NCBI GenBank assembly: GCA_903844055.1
Contig: CAIMSF010000171.1
Coordinates: forward strand, 1 to 55,485
From: an uncultured bacterium
GTDB lineage: Bacteria; Bacillota_I; Bacilli_A; Izemoplasmatales; Hujiaoplasmataceae
Direction of reading: 5' to 3'
DNA: 55,485 bases
In this document: positions 21,788-31,393 of the stretch, in pieces
How positions within the stretch are numbered: position 1 is the first letter of the stretch
How the letters are laid out: each line of letters opens with the position of its first letter
The notes under the pieces: generated by a model
What the model was told of the DNA's origin: nothing
What the model saw: only the letters and a program-made list of their open reading frames with translations
The model's database searches: none
Program-made: the position numbers and the translations under genes

Positions 21788-22417
21788 ATGGTGAAACGGA
21801 AAGCGATCCTGATCGGCGACGTCGAACTCGCCAAATACCATCCGATGACGGGTTTCGATCGGGAATTCGAGGCGATTCTGACAGAATTCGCGATCGACAA
21901 AACGACGGACTACGACGCGTTTCTGGCCGAACGACTGGATCCGTACGATCTCTGCATCTGCTTTGCGGACCGTTGGACCCCCCTCACCGACTGCCAGACC
22001 GCAGGCTTGTTGTCCTTCGTCGCGCAAGGCGGAGGACTGTTGCTCGTCCACAACGGGATTTCGATTCAAGCCCGCCCCGAGCTCGCGCAGCTCGCCGGCG
22101 GTTTCTTCTCGGGCCATCCGGAACAACGCGTGCTGAACTACGAGCCGACTTCCTCCATCCATCCGCTTTCCGGCGACCTGTCCGGTTTTTCGGCAAAGGA
22201 AGAACCCTATCAGTTCACACTCGACGATCTCGCAAAAGCGACCGTGCTGCTCGCCTTCGACCTCGACGGGAAGTCCTGTCCGGCCGCGTGGGCGCGACCG
22301 TTCGGTCGGGGTCGGGTCGTGAACCTTTCCCCCGGCCACAACCTCAATACCGTCTTGGTTCCCGCGTATCGGGAATGGATCCGCCGAAGCGCCGCTTGGC
22401 TCGTGGAAAGACCTTGA
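21788..22417 (+). CDS. ThuA-domain protein (class-I glutamine-amidotransferase-like fold)
   Basis: FVAQGGGLLLVHNG, GGFFSGHP, IHPLSGDL, EEPYQF and PAAWARPFGRGRVVNLSPGHN fit the ThuA pattern. GGAGG lies 8 nt upstream of ATG 21788. Confidence 0.6.
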   Translation: MVKRKAILIGDVELAKYHPMTGFDREFEAILTEFAIDKTTDYDAFLAERLDPYDLCICFADRWTPLTDCQTAGLLSFVAQGGGLLLVHNGISIQARPELAQLAGGFFSGHPEQRVLNYEPTSSIHPLSGDLSGFSAKEEPYQFTLDDLAKATVLLAFDLDGKSCPAAWARPFGRGRVVNLSPGHNLNTVLVPAYREWIRRSAAWLVERP

Positions 22418-22443
22418 TCGTCATCGTTTCCAATCACAATGAT

Positions 22444-22492
22444 AAAGACCGCGTCGGCGGGATCGTCTCTGATCCACTCCGACGCGGTCTTT
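22444..22492. terminator. Long composite hairpin acting as a bidirectional terminator between convergent genes
   Basis: 14-bp stem AAAGACCGCGTCGG / CCGACGCGGTCTTT enclosing an inner GGATC-N6-GATCC hairpin. The stem arms themselves begin with AAA and end with TTT. Confidence 0.6.
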
Positions 22493-22509
22493 CTCTGCAC
22501 TGATTGTTT

Positions 22510-23091
22510 CTACTTTGATAGGAATGGCGCCCAAGTTCGCTCGAGACCATCGATGTGGTTCTGCCAATACGTCAAGCGCTCCTGATACATGGCGATCTTG
22601 GCGTCCACCGCTTCGCGGCAACGGTCGATCCCCATATCGAAAACGATCGACGTGAGTTCATAAAACGGCAGCCCGAGCGCGTGCGCCGCGACGTGAACGG
22701 TGGATGCCGCCTGTCCGACCGCATGGATGCGGGCGATGTCGGCGGCATCGTCGATTTCCTTGGCGAACGCGTGGGCGGCGAGGATCGCCCGTTTCGCTTC
22801 CGGCATCTTGATGTCTCCTTGCGCCCAGGCCGCGGCCGCCTTCAGGGCATTCGCCGGTCGTTCTTCGAGTGGATACCGCATTCTCAAGACGTTCAACGGC
22901 GCTTGCGCGCATTCGAGGGCCCACATCACCATGGTCCGGTGCTTCTGTCCCTCGATGCGGACAATCAGGTCGCGAAGGCATTCGGAATCGCGATCGAAGA
23001 GAATCCGATTTCCTCGGTGCATCCTGGATTCAACGTCATCAAACGCATGGTCATCGTCCCGTCTTTCTTCCTTGTATGCGATCGTTCTCAT
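22510..23091 (-). CDS. Alpha-helical protein resembling Imm-5-like putative immunity proteins. Tentative.
   Basis: MWALECAQAPLNVL...RPANALKAAAAWAQGDIKMPEAKRAILAAHAFAKE...ARIHAVGQAASTVHVAAHALG matches my memory of the W..CAE..L / A..W..G / AR.AA.AAH / GQA..TAH...HA pattern. No toxin gene is adjacent. Confidence 0.4.
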   Translation of the reverse strand: MRTIAYKEERRDDDHAFDDVESRMHRGNRILFDRDSECLRDLIVRIEGQKHRTMVMWALECAQAPLNVLRMRYPLEERPANALKAAAAWAQGDIKMPEAKRAILAAHAFAKEIDDAADIARIHAVGQAASTVHVAAHALGLPFYELTSIVFDMGIDRCREAVDAKIAMYQERLTYWQNHIDGLERTWAPFLSK

Positions 23092-23208
23092 GGATCGACG
23101 CCTCTCTTCCTTTCGTCCGGTTCTATCAAGTCTTCATGATCGGATGATCCGTCCCAACATCCATCGTATCACCAAATCGCCCGAATGGGAAGACGATCCC
23201 ATCGAACT

Positions 23209-23267
23209 AAGAAAAAAGGCCATCCGCCGAATCCGTCCTAGTCGCGAATTCGTTGAATGGCCGATTT
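23209..23267. terminator. Imperfect hairpin flanked by A6/T6 between the Imm-5-like gene region and rlmCD
   Basis: AAAAAA-GGCCAT...CGAAT...ATTCG...ATGGCC-gaTTTTTT. The pairing is interrupted by internal loops. Confidence 0.4.
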
Positions 23268-23275
23268 TTTGTCAC

Positions 23276-24622
23276 TTATTTCAGCGTAAGCAATGTGACG
23301 CTTTCGACGTGGACCGTCTGCGGGAACATGTCGAACGGGGTGATCTCGACGACCTTGTAGCCGCCGTCGGCGAGGATCCGAAGGTCGCGCACGAGCGTCG
23401 CCTGGTCGCAGGAGACGTAGACGACCTTGGGAATCTTCATCTCGACGATCGCCGCGAGCATCGCGTCGTCGCAGCCCTTGCGGGGCGGGTCGACGAAGAT
23501 CACGTCGAATTTGAACTTGCGCCATTTCTGGATGACCGTCTCGGCTTCTCCGACTTCGAAGAAGGCGTTCTTGATCCCGTTCAGTTCGGCGTTCCGGCGG
23601 GCGTCCTGGATCGCCGATTTGACGACTTCGATGCCGAAGACCTTGAAGGCGCGGTTCGCCACGAAGAGACCGATCGAACCGATGCCGCAATAGGCGTCGA
23701 TGATCTTCTCCTTGCCGGTGAGTTCGGCGGAGTCGGCGGCGAGATGATAGAGCTTTTCGGTCTGGATCGAATTGGTTTGGAAGAACGAACGGTGGCCGAT
23801 GTTGAATTGGAGTTCGCCGATTTGGTCGACGAGGCCGTCGGCGCCGTGGATGATGTGGATCGCGTCGGTCGAGAGGCTCGACTCGTCGTTGGTCATCGAG
23901 ATCGCGATCGAGGCGACCTCGGGGATCTTCGCGACGATTTTCTTCACGAACAGCTCGCGCTGCGAAAGATCGGCGACGGCAAGATGGAGGAGCAGGGCGA
24001 GCTGGCGGGTCTTCGAGGATTCGCGGATCACCGCGGACTTCAGTTCGCCCGAGTTCGTCGCGGGATTGAAGGCCTTGATGCCGAGCTCGTTGGCGATGTT
24101 CTTGATGAGGACGATCAGGTCGAAGGCGCGCTTCGGCATGATGTGGCATTCCTCGAGGTTGACGAGATCGTGCGATTTCGCCCGGAAGAATCCCGCCTCG
24201 ATGCCCTTATCGCCGTTCTGGAACTTGACCTCGATCTTGTTCCGGTAGTTGTAGGGATTGATCATCCCGATCATGTCGTTGACCTTGACGTTGTCGAACC
24301 CGGCGCGTTTGAGCGTCGTTTCGATCCGGTACTTCTTGAAGGAGAGCTGGATGTCGTAGTCCATGTGCATCAGGTCGCAGCCGCCGCAAACATCGAAATG
24401 TTTGCATTTCGGTTGAACCCGGTACGGACTCTTCTCGACCAGTTCGACGATTCTTCCAAAGCCGAAATTCTTGCGGCGCTCGATGACGTCGATGTCGGCC
24501 CGTTCGCCTTTCAAAAGGCCTTGGACGAAGACCGTATAGCCGTCTTCGAGTTTGCAGACGCCGAGCGCGTCGTGGGTGAGATCGACGGCTTCCACGACGG
24601 TGACGGTGCGTTCGTTATCCAT
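23276..24622 (-). CDS. rlmCD: 23S rRNA (uracil-C5)-methyltransferase, RumA/RlmCD family
   Basis: N-terminal TRAM-like domain. Fe-S Cys cluster CKHFDVCGGCDLMH. FFQTN. SAM motifs DAYCGIGSIG and DPPRKG. Confidence 0.85.
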   Translation of the reverse strand: MDNERTVTVVEAVDLTHDALGVCKLEDGYTVFVQGLLKGERADIDVIERRKNFGFGRIVELVEKSPYRVQPKCKHFDVCGGCDLMHMDYDIQLSFKKYRIETTLKRAGFDNVKVNDMIGMINPYNYRNKIEVKFQNGDKGIEAGFFRAKSHDLVNLEECHIMPKRAFDLIVLIKNIANELGIKAFNPATNSGELKSAVIRESSKTRQLALLLHLAVADLSQRELFVKKIVAKIPEVASIAISMTNDESSLSTDAIHIIHGADGLVDQIGELQFNIGHRSFFQTNSIQTEKLYHLAADSAELTGKEKIIDAYCGIGSIGLFVANRAFKVFGIEVVKSAIQDARRNAELNGIKNAFFEVGEAETVIQKWRKFKFDVIFVDPPRKGCDDAMLAAIVEMKIPKVVYVSCDQATLVRDLRILADGGYKVVEITPFDMFPQTVHVESVTLLTLK

Positions 24623-25841
24623 GTGACTCCCCCTCCTTCCCCTTGCGGAATTGTTTCAGGTATTCTTCGGCGAGTCCGCCGATGGCGGTCTCGCGGTATT
24701 TGTGATGGATGTCCTTGCCGGTCTGGTACATCGTCTCGATCACCATGTCGAGCGTGATCCGGTGCGATTCGGCGAGGAAGCAGGCGAGTCCGCAGGCGTC
24801 GATCGCCCGCAGGGCGCCGACGGCGTTGCGCTCGATGCAGGGAATCTGCACATACCCGAGGACCGGGTCGCAAGTGAGTCCGAGATGATGTTCGAGGGAT
24901 ACTTCGGCCGCGTAGTCGATCGCGTTGAGCGAGAGTCCGTCGAAGTCGGCGGCGAGCGCCGCGGCCATCGCCACGGCGGCGCCGACTTCGGCCTGGCAGC
25001 CGGCGATCGCCCCGGAGATCGAGGCGTTGTGCTTGATCAGATTGCCGATGATGCCGGCGGCGGCGAGTCCTTCGAGGCATTTTTTGACGGTGAGGCGGCG
25101 GCGGTTCTTGAGATAGCGCATGACCGCCGGGACGACGCCGCAGGATCCGCAGGTCGGGGCGGTGACGACGAGATGCCCGCTCGCGTTCTCTTCGGATACC
25201 GCGTACGCGTAAGCGGACACGGTGCGGCTTTCGGTGATGTCCTGCGGTTCATGCGGAAGGATCCCCGAAAGCAGCATCTTCGCCTTGCGGCTGATCCCGA
25301 GTTCGCCGGGAAGCGTCCCTTCGGCTTTCAACCCGCGCGAGATGCAGTCGTTCATCGTCTGGTAGACAAGCGCGAGATACTTCCAGATGTCCGGACCCTC
25401 GAACCGTTCGACATACTCGTGGAGGCGGAGTCCCTGTTCCTGGCAATACGCCTTGATCTCTTCGAAGCTGCGATGCGGATAGACGTCGGGCGTGACGTCG
25501 TCGTCGTCGCCTTCAATCTTGATCGACCCGCCGCCGACGCTGTAGACGCGCCAGCGGTATTCGCTCCGGTCGGGGGCGATGCCGAGGATGTCGAGCGTGT
25601 TGGGGTGGGCGAGGACGTACGAGGGATCGAACACGACGTCGACGTCATGCAGGGTTTCGCGGATCACGACGTCGGTCAAATGGCCTTTCCCCGTCAAAGC
25701 GAGGGAGCCGTAGAGCGTGACCTTGAAGCGGACGGCGTCCGGGTGGGCGCGGCGGAACAGCGCGCATGCCTTCTGCGGTCCCATCGTGTGCGAGCTGGAG
25801 GGGCCATATCCGATTTTGTACAATTCCCTCAACGATTTCAT
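24615..25841 (-). CDS. sdaA: L-serine ammonia-lyase (iron-sulfur L-serine dehydratase), single-chain form
   Basis: N-terminal YKIGYGPSSSHTMGP, TAPTCGSCGVVPAV and LTCDPVLGYVQIPCIERNA. Start set at ATG 25841, because the upstream ATG 25862 directly abuts a TATAAT box. Overlaps rlmCD by 8 nt. Confidence 0.8.
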   Translation of the reverse strand: MKSLRELYKIGYGPSSSHTMGPQKACALFRRAHPDAVRFKVTLYGSLALTGKGHLTDVVIRETLHDVDVVFDPSYVLAHPNTLDILGIAPDRSEYRWRVYSVGGGSIKIEGDDDDVTPDVYPHRSFEEIKAYCQEQGLRLHEYVERFEGPDIWKYLALVYQTMNDCISRGLKAEGTLPGELGISRKAKMLLSGILPHEPQDITESRTVSAYAYAVSEENASGHLVVTAPTCGSCGVVPAVMRYLKNRRRLTVKKCLEGLAAAGIIGNLIKHNASISGAIAGCQAEVGAAVAMAAALAADFDGLSLNAIDYAAEVSLEHHLGLTCDPVLGYVQIPCIERNAVGALRAIDACGLACFLAESHRITLDMVIETMYQTGKDIHHKYRETAIGGLAEEYLKQFRKGKEGESHG

Positions 25842-25974
25842 GCGAACCGCCCCATCAGCCATACTATGAAAATTATACCACGTTTCCCCGAAAAGCGCAC
25901 ACCCCGTCGGCGAAATTTCGACGAACGCAAAAGGGTCCGCGGATGACCGCGGACCCTCGGTTGACGCATTCTGA

Positions 25975-27318
25975 TCAAATCTGGTCGGAAGCCTTGTTGG
26001 GGAGAAACCACGCCATCACGGCGATCATCCCGACGGCGGAGACGATGAAGAAGACCTCGTTGCCGGCCTTCGCGATGACGAGCCCGGCGAGAATCGAAGC
26101 GACCGGGATGAGCGCCTGCGAGAGCGTCCCGGAGACCGCCGAAACCTTCCCGAGCATGTCCTTGCGGACCTTCCGCTGCATCACCATCGAGAGCGGGATG
26201 TTGAAGGCGACGAGTCCCAGTCCGCAGACGAACATCAGGAGGATCCCGCCGACCAGCACGGCGTCGATCGGGACGATGCCGTAGTAGTAGGCGACGATGA
26301 GCGCGCACAATCCGCTCATCGCGGTGACGAAGATCGTCAGCGCCCGCTTGAGCGGTTTGGCGTAACTCTCCCTCGTCTTCTGCCGCGACAGGATGAGCGA
26401 CATCAGGATCGAGGCGACCGAGAGCGCGATCGAGAAGGCGCCATACCACGAAGTCCGGTCCATGAACGAGTCGAACAGGTAGACGGATTCCTCCGCGAAC
26501 CGGAAGTAGACCCAGTTCTGCATCCCGTTCGAGAAGATCGGCGAGACGAAGAAGTTGATCATGAGCGCCATCACCATGATCGCGACGATCGCCTTCTCCG
26601 ATATCAGGTAGCGGAAGCCGACCTTGATGTCGGAGACGACCGTCCGCAGATCGAGGATCTCCCCCGCTTCGGGTTTTTTATGCGCGTAGCGGATGAACAG
26701 CTCGGAGACCGCCGACAGGAGGTAGGCGACGCCGTTCACGAGGAAGATGAGGCCGATGCCGAGCTTGGCGTACAGTCCGGCCGCGAACAAGAGGCCGATG
26801 ATCGCCTGGAAGTTGTCGGACATCTGCAGGTACGAGGCGCCGGGCTGCAGTTCCTCGTCGGAGACGATGAAGCGGAGGAGCGTCCGCGACGCCGGCATGA
26901 AGATAGCGGCGTTGGCCGAAAGGATGAACTCCATCACGAAGAGGGCGACGAGCTTGAACGCGTTGGATTCGACGAGGAAGACGACGGCCCCGGCGGCGAG
27001 GATCGTGACGCCGCGGATGAAATCGGTGACGTACATGATCTTCGCCTTGTTCCAGCGGTCGGCCAAGACTCCGCCGATCGGCGAGAGGATGACGATCAGG
27101 ATGCCGGAGAGGGCGATGAAGACGGCCTTGATGATCTCGGCGTCGGATTCGCCGACGAGCGGGATCGTGATCTCATAGATGTAGAACCCGATCGCGAAGC
27201 TGAAGAAGACGTGGGCGATGTTGGAAACGGCGATGCCCCAAAACAAAAGGGCGAAGTTCCGGTTCTTGAAGACTCGGACCTTCGCCCCCGCTGCGGCGGG
27301 CCGGATGTCGGCCGACAT
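25975..27318 (-). CDS. MFS transporter (EntS/macrolide-efflux-like, 12 TM)
   Basis: 447 aa, about 12 hydrophobic segments, with a DRWNKAKIMYVTDFIRG-type loop 2-3 motif. Its ATG lies 1 nt after the stop of the upstream gene (TAAcATG), which indicates translational coupling. Confidence 0.8.
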   Translation of the reverse strand: MSADIRPAAAGAKVRVFKNRNFALLFWGIAVSNIAHVFFSFAIGFYIYEITIPLVGESDAEIIKAVFIALSGILIVILSPIGGVLADRWNKAKIMYVTDFIRGVTILAAGAVVFLVESNAFKLVALFVMEFILSANAAIFMPASRTLLRFIVSDEELQPGASYLQMSDNFQAIIGLLFAAGLYAKLGIGLIFLVNGVAYLLSAVSELFIRYAHKKPEAGEILDLRTVVSDIKVGFRYLISEKAIVAIMVMALMINFFVSPIFSNGMQNWVYFRFAEESVYLFDSFMDRTSWYGAFSIALSVASILMSLILSRQKTRESYAKPLKRALTIFVTAMSGLCALIVAYYYGIVPIDAVLVGGILLMFVCGLGLVAFNIPLSMVMQRKVRKDMLGKVSAVSGTLSQALIPVASILAGLVIAKAGNEVFFIVSAVGMIAVMAWFLPNKASDQI

Positions 27319-27319
27319 G

Positions 27320-27709
27320 TTATTCGATGACGATGCGAACGAGGTCGCCGTCGGCCGACTTGATGTTGACGATCTCGCCGAGGGCGCCGGCGTTGACCAT
27401 CTGGATCAGCGAGTCGAGGTCGATGTCCATGTCGTCGAGCGAGTCGAGTTTGAACTTGCCGGTCTTCAGAAGCTTCGCGAATTCGACCGGGAGTTCGATC
27501 TTGACGACGTCGCCGTCGGCGGAGTCGACGTACACCTTCAGCATGCGGAACGGGGCCTTCTTCGTCGGGATGACGAGTTCGGGTTGTTCCTGCTCGTTCT
27601 TGTCGCCGATCGCGGAGAGCAGCTTTTCCGCGTCTTCGGGAGTGATCGTGCCCTTCGTGAGCAGATCGAGGATCTTCATTCTTTCCTGTTTCATTTCGTC
27701 CTTGGCCAT
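27320..27709 (-). CDS. Small SHOCT-like-motif protein (129 aa), function unknown
   Basis: N-terminal ILDLLTKGTITPEDAEKLLSAI. Then FRMLKVYVDSADGDVVKIELP and a C-terminal GEIVNIKSADGDLVRIVIE. AGGAGG lies 7 nt upstream of the ATG. Confidence 0.7.
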   Translation of the reverse strand: MAKDEMKQERMKILDLLTKGTITPEDAEKLLSAIGDKNEQEQPELVIPTKKAPFRMLKVYVDSADGDVVKIELPVEFAKLLKTGKFKLDSLDDMDIDLDSLIQMVNAGALGEIVNIKSADGDLVRIVIE

Positions 27710-27735
27710 GATGTTGCCTCCTGTATGGGTGTGAC

Positions 27736-27921
27736 TTATTGAATGCGGCGGAGCATCTCGGATGCTTCGTTCGGGGTGATCTTGCCGGCCTGCATCTTAT
27801 CGAGGATGATGGCGGTGAGGATGGTCTCGGCCTGTTCGTAGGTGATGTCGCCTTTGAGGACCAGGCGGAGGATGCGGTTTTGTTCGTGGTCGAGTTGATG
27901 TCTTGACATGGTTGGTCTCAC
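27736..27921 (-). CDS. Very small protein made of two SHOCT-like motifs (57-61 aa)
   Basis: ILRLVLKGDITYEQAETILTAI and ILDKMQAGKITPNEASEMLRRI. The start is ambiguous: GTG 27921 is 3 nt after AAGGAG, and ATG 27909 is 15 nt after it. Confidence 0.55.
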   Translation of the reverse strand: MRPTMSRHQLDHEQNRILRLVLKGDITYEQAETILTAIILDKMQAGKITPNEASEMLRRIQ

Positions 27922-27928
27922 TTTCTCC

Positions 27929-28402
27929 TTATCGGATCTTTCTCAGTAGTTCGGCCGCTTCGAGGGCGCTGATTTCGCCCTTGCCGAGTTTGTCGAGGAT
28001 CTCGATCCGGGACGGTTTCGGCGTTTCATCCTTCGCGGGAGCGGCGGTCTCCTCCATCGCGGGGGCGGCGTCCGGCGTGTAGCCGAGGACGGTGATGACG
28101 TCGTCGAGCATCTTCTTGACGGTGGGGTAGCTGACGTTCATTTCCTTTTCGAGCGCCTTGATGTTCCCGCGGTTCTTGACGAAGATTTCGATGAAGTACA
28201 GTTTTTCGGTGTCGAGGTAGTTGAACTTGGAGAGCGTAAACGCACCGGATACCGACGTGTTGCAGTGGTCGCAGTGAAGTTCGGTGACGATGAGGTCGTG
28301 GTGGCAGACCGGGCACTGGGAGAGGACCGGATACTTGGCTTTGGGGCTTGCGAAGTCGGCGAAGCCCTTGAAGCCGTCTTTCTTGAACGTTTTGAATTCC
28401 AT
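27929..28402 (-). CDS. DUF2089-family protein: Zn-ribbon plus HTH, with a C-terminal SHOCT-like motif
   Basis: CPVCHHDLIVTELHCDHCNTSVSG (4-Cys ribbon). FNYLDTEKLYFIEIFVKNRGNIKALEKEMNVSYPTVKKMLDDV (HTH). C-terminal ILDKLGKGEISALEAAELLRKI. Confidence 0.75.
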   Translation of the reverse strand: MEFKTFKKDGFKGFADFASPKAKYPVLSQCPVCHHDLIVTELHCDHCNTSVSGAFTLSKFNYLDTEKLYFIEIFVKNRGNIKALEKEMNVSYPTVKKMLDDVITVLGYTPDAAPAMEETAAPAKDETPKPSRIEILDKLGKGEISALEAAELLRKIR

Positions 28403-28417
28403 GGTTGATTCCTCCTG

Positions 28418-28765
28418 TTAGATCGTTTTGAGATAGACTCTGACGCCTTCGGTCGACTTGACTTCGACCTTGACGCCGCGGACGGCGATGAGCCGGATGA
28501 GTTCCTGTTTGGTGAACGGCAGGTCCTCTTGGTCGAGCTTCACGAACCCGAGGATCACCCTGACGAAGAGAATCGGGGTCGGAAGCCAGAAGAGGAAGGC
28601 GAGGAAGGCGGTGAGCCCTTTGGATTCGGGGATCCGGATGCGGAGCTTGATGAAGTGCGCCCGTTTCGGTCCGCGATGTCCCTTCGGCTTCGGGAAGAGC
28701 TCGCGGTAGGCTTGCCTGGTATTGATTTCTTTTCGTCCGAGACGAACCAACGTTTGATTTTTCAT
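28418..28765 (-). CDS. Small membrane protein (115 aa) with an N-terminal SHOCT-like motif. First gene of the operon.
   Basis: LVRLGRKEINTRQAYRELF, a basic linker, the hydrophobic segment GLTAFLAFLFWLPTPILFVRVILGFV, and a C-terminal VKVEVKSTEGVRVYLKTI. Start set at ATG 28765, because the ORF-track start at 28837 lies inside the -35 box. Confidence 0.6.
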   Translation of the reverse strand: MKNQTLVRLGRKEINTRQAYRELFPKPKGHRGPKRAHFIKLRIRIPESKGLTAFLAFLFWLPTPILFVRVILGFVKLDQEDLPFTKQELIRLIAVRGVKVEVKSTEGVRVYLKTI

Positions 28766-28808
28766 CGTTTTTAGCTCCGCGATATTGATTTTATCAACTT
28801 GCACCTTA

Positions 28809-28837
28809 ATTATATTAATGTTTTGATTAAATTGCAA
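28809..28837 (-). promoter_or_regulatory. Near-consensus sigma-A-type promoter of the five-gene SHOCT-like/DUF2089/MFS operon
   Basis: Minus strand reads TTGCAA (28837-28832), 17 nt, TATAAT (28814-28809), within an AT-rich island. Confidence 0.65.
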
Positions 28838-28858
28838 GCATTTTTTAACATATTTTTT

Positions 28859-28889
28859 AAAAAAATAAAACGTCTCTTAAGAGACGTCT
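28859..28889 (-). terminator. Intrinsic terminator of uvrB-vanZ
   Basis: Minus strand reads GACGTCTC-TTAA-GAGACGT followed by TTTTATTTTTTT. The vanZ stop codon sits in the loop. Confidence 0.75.
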
Positions 28890-29331
28890 TTCGAAATCGT
28901 GTTTTTCTTGCGAAACAGCCGACATGCCAACAGCGCCGCGCCCGCCCCGATGAGGAACCCCGGGATGTCGAAACAGACGGCGTCGAGGATGGACGGGCCG
29001 CGGTCCGGCACGAACGCCTGGAGGCCTTCGTCGGCGAAGGCGACCAGCGCGCCCGCTAGGAATACGGGAAAGAGACGATGCTTCCAGGCGCGCGCCGTCC
29101 ATGCGTAGCTCATCCCGAGCGCGGCGTATTCTCCCATGTGCGCGAGCTTGCGCACGATCGCATGCAGTGCTTCGAAGGCGAGGTCGTAGCGCGGGAAGAT
29201 TCCCTTCAGGAGGGTTTCGACGAATGCGGTGACGGGCGAGGAGAGCGCCGCGGATTCGGACCCGACGTCAAGCGACATCGAGAAGATCCCGAGGGTGACG
29301 AGGACGCTCACCCCGAGCAGGACGTACTTTC

Positions 29332-29335
<4 letters not shown>
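28877..29335 (-). CDS. VanZ-family membrane protein
   Basis: 152 aa, 4 [14 protein letters not shown] and [29 protein letters not shown] are typical of VanZ-like proteins. Overlaps the uvrB stop by 4 nt. Confidence 0.75.
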
Positions 29336-31293
<1,958 letters not shown>

Positions 31294-31350
31294 CGTCCCA
31301 CCTCCATGCTTACAAGTATATCATAACATGCCGAAGTGCGACATCGGGTT

Positions 31351-31378
31351 TTGACTTTGGGCACGCTTCTGCTACAAT
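31351..31378 (+). promoter_or_regulatory. Sigma-A-type promoter of the radical-SAM gene
   Basis: TTGACT (31351-31356), 16 nt, TGcTACAAT (TACAAT at 31373-31378). A very short leader ends in GGTGATCCC-ATG. Confidence 0.55.
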
Positions 31379-31393
31379 GGAGCTGGTGATCCC

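Noticed and set aside
31294-31350. LexA (Cheo-box, GAAC-N4-GTTC) operator upstream of uvrB
   Set aside because: No GAAC-N4-GTTC or close variant is present between the -10-like region and the RBS. SOS control cannot be claimed from this sequence.
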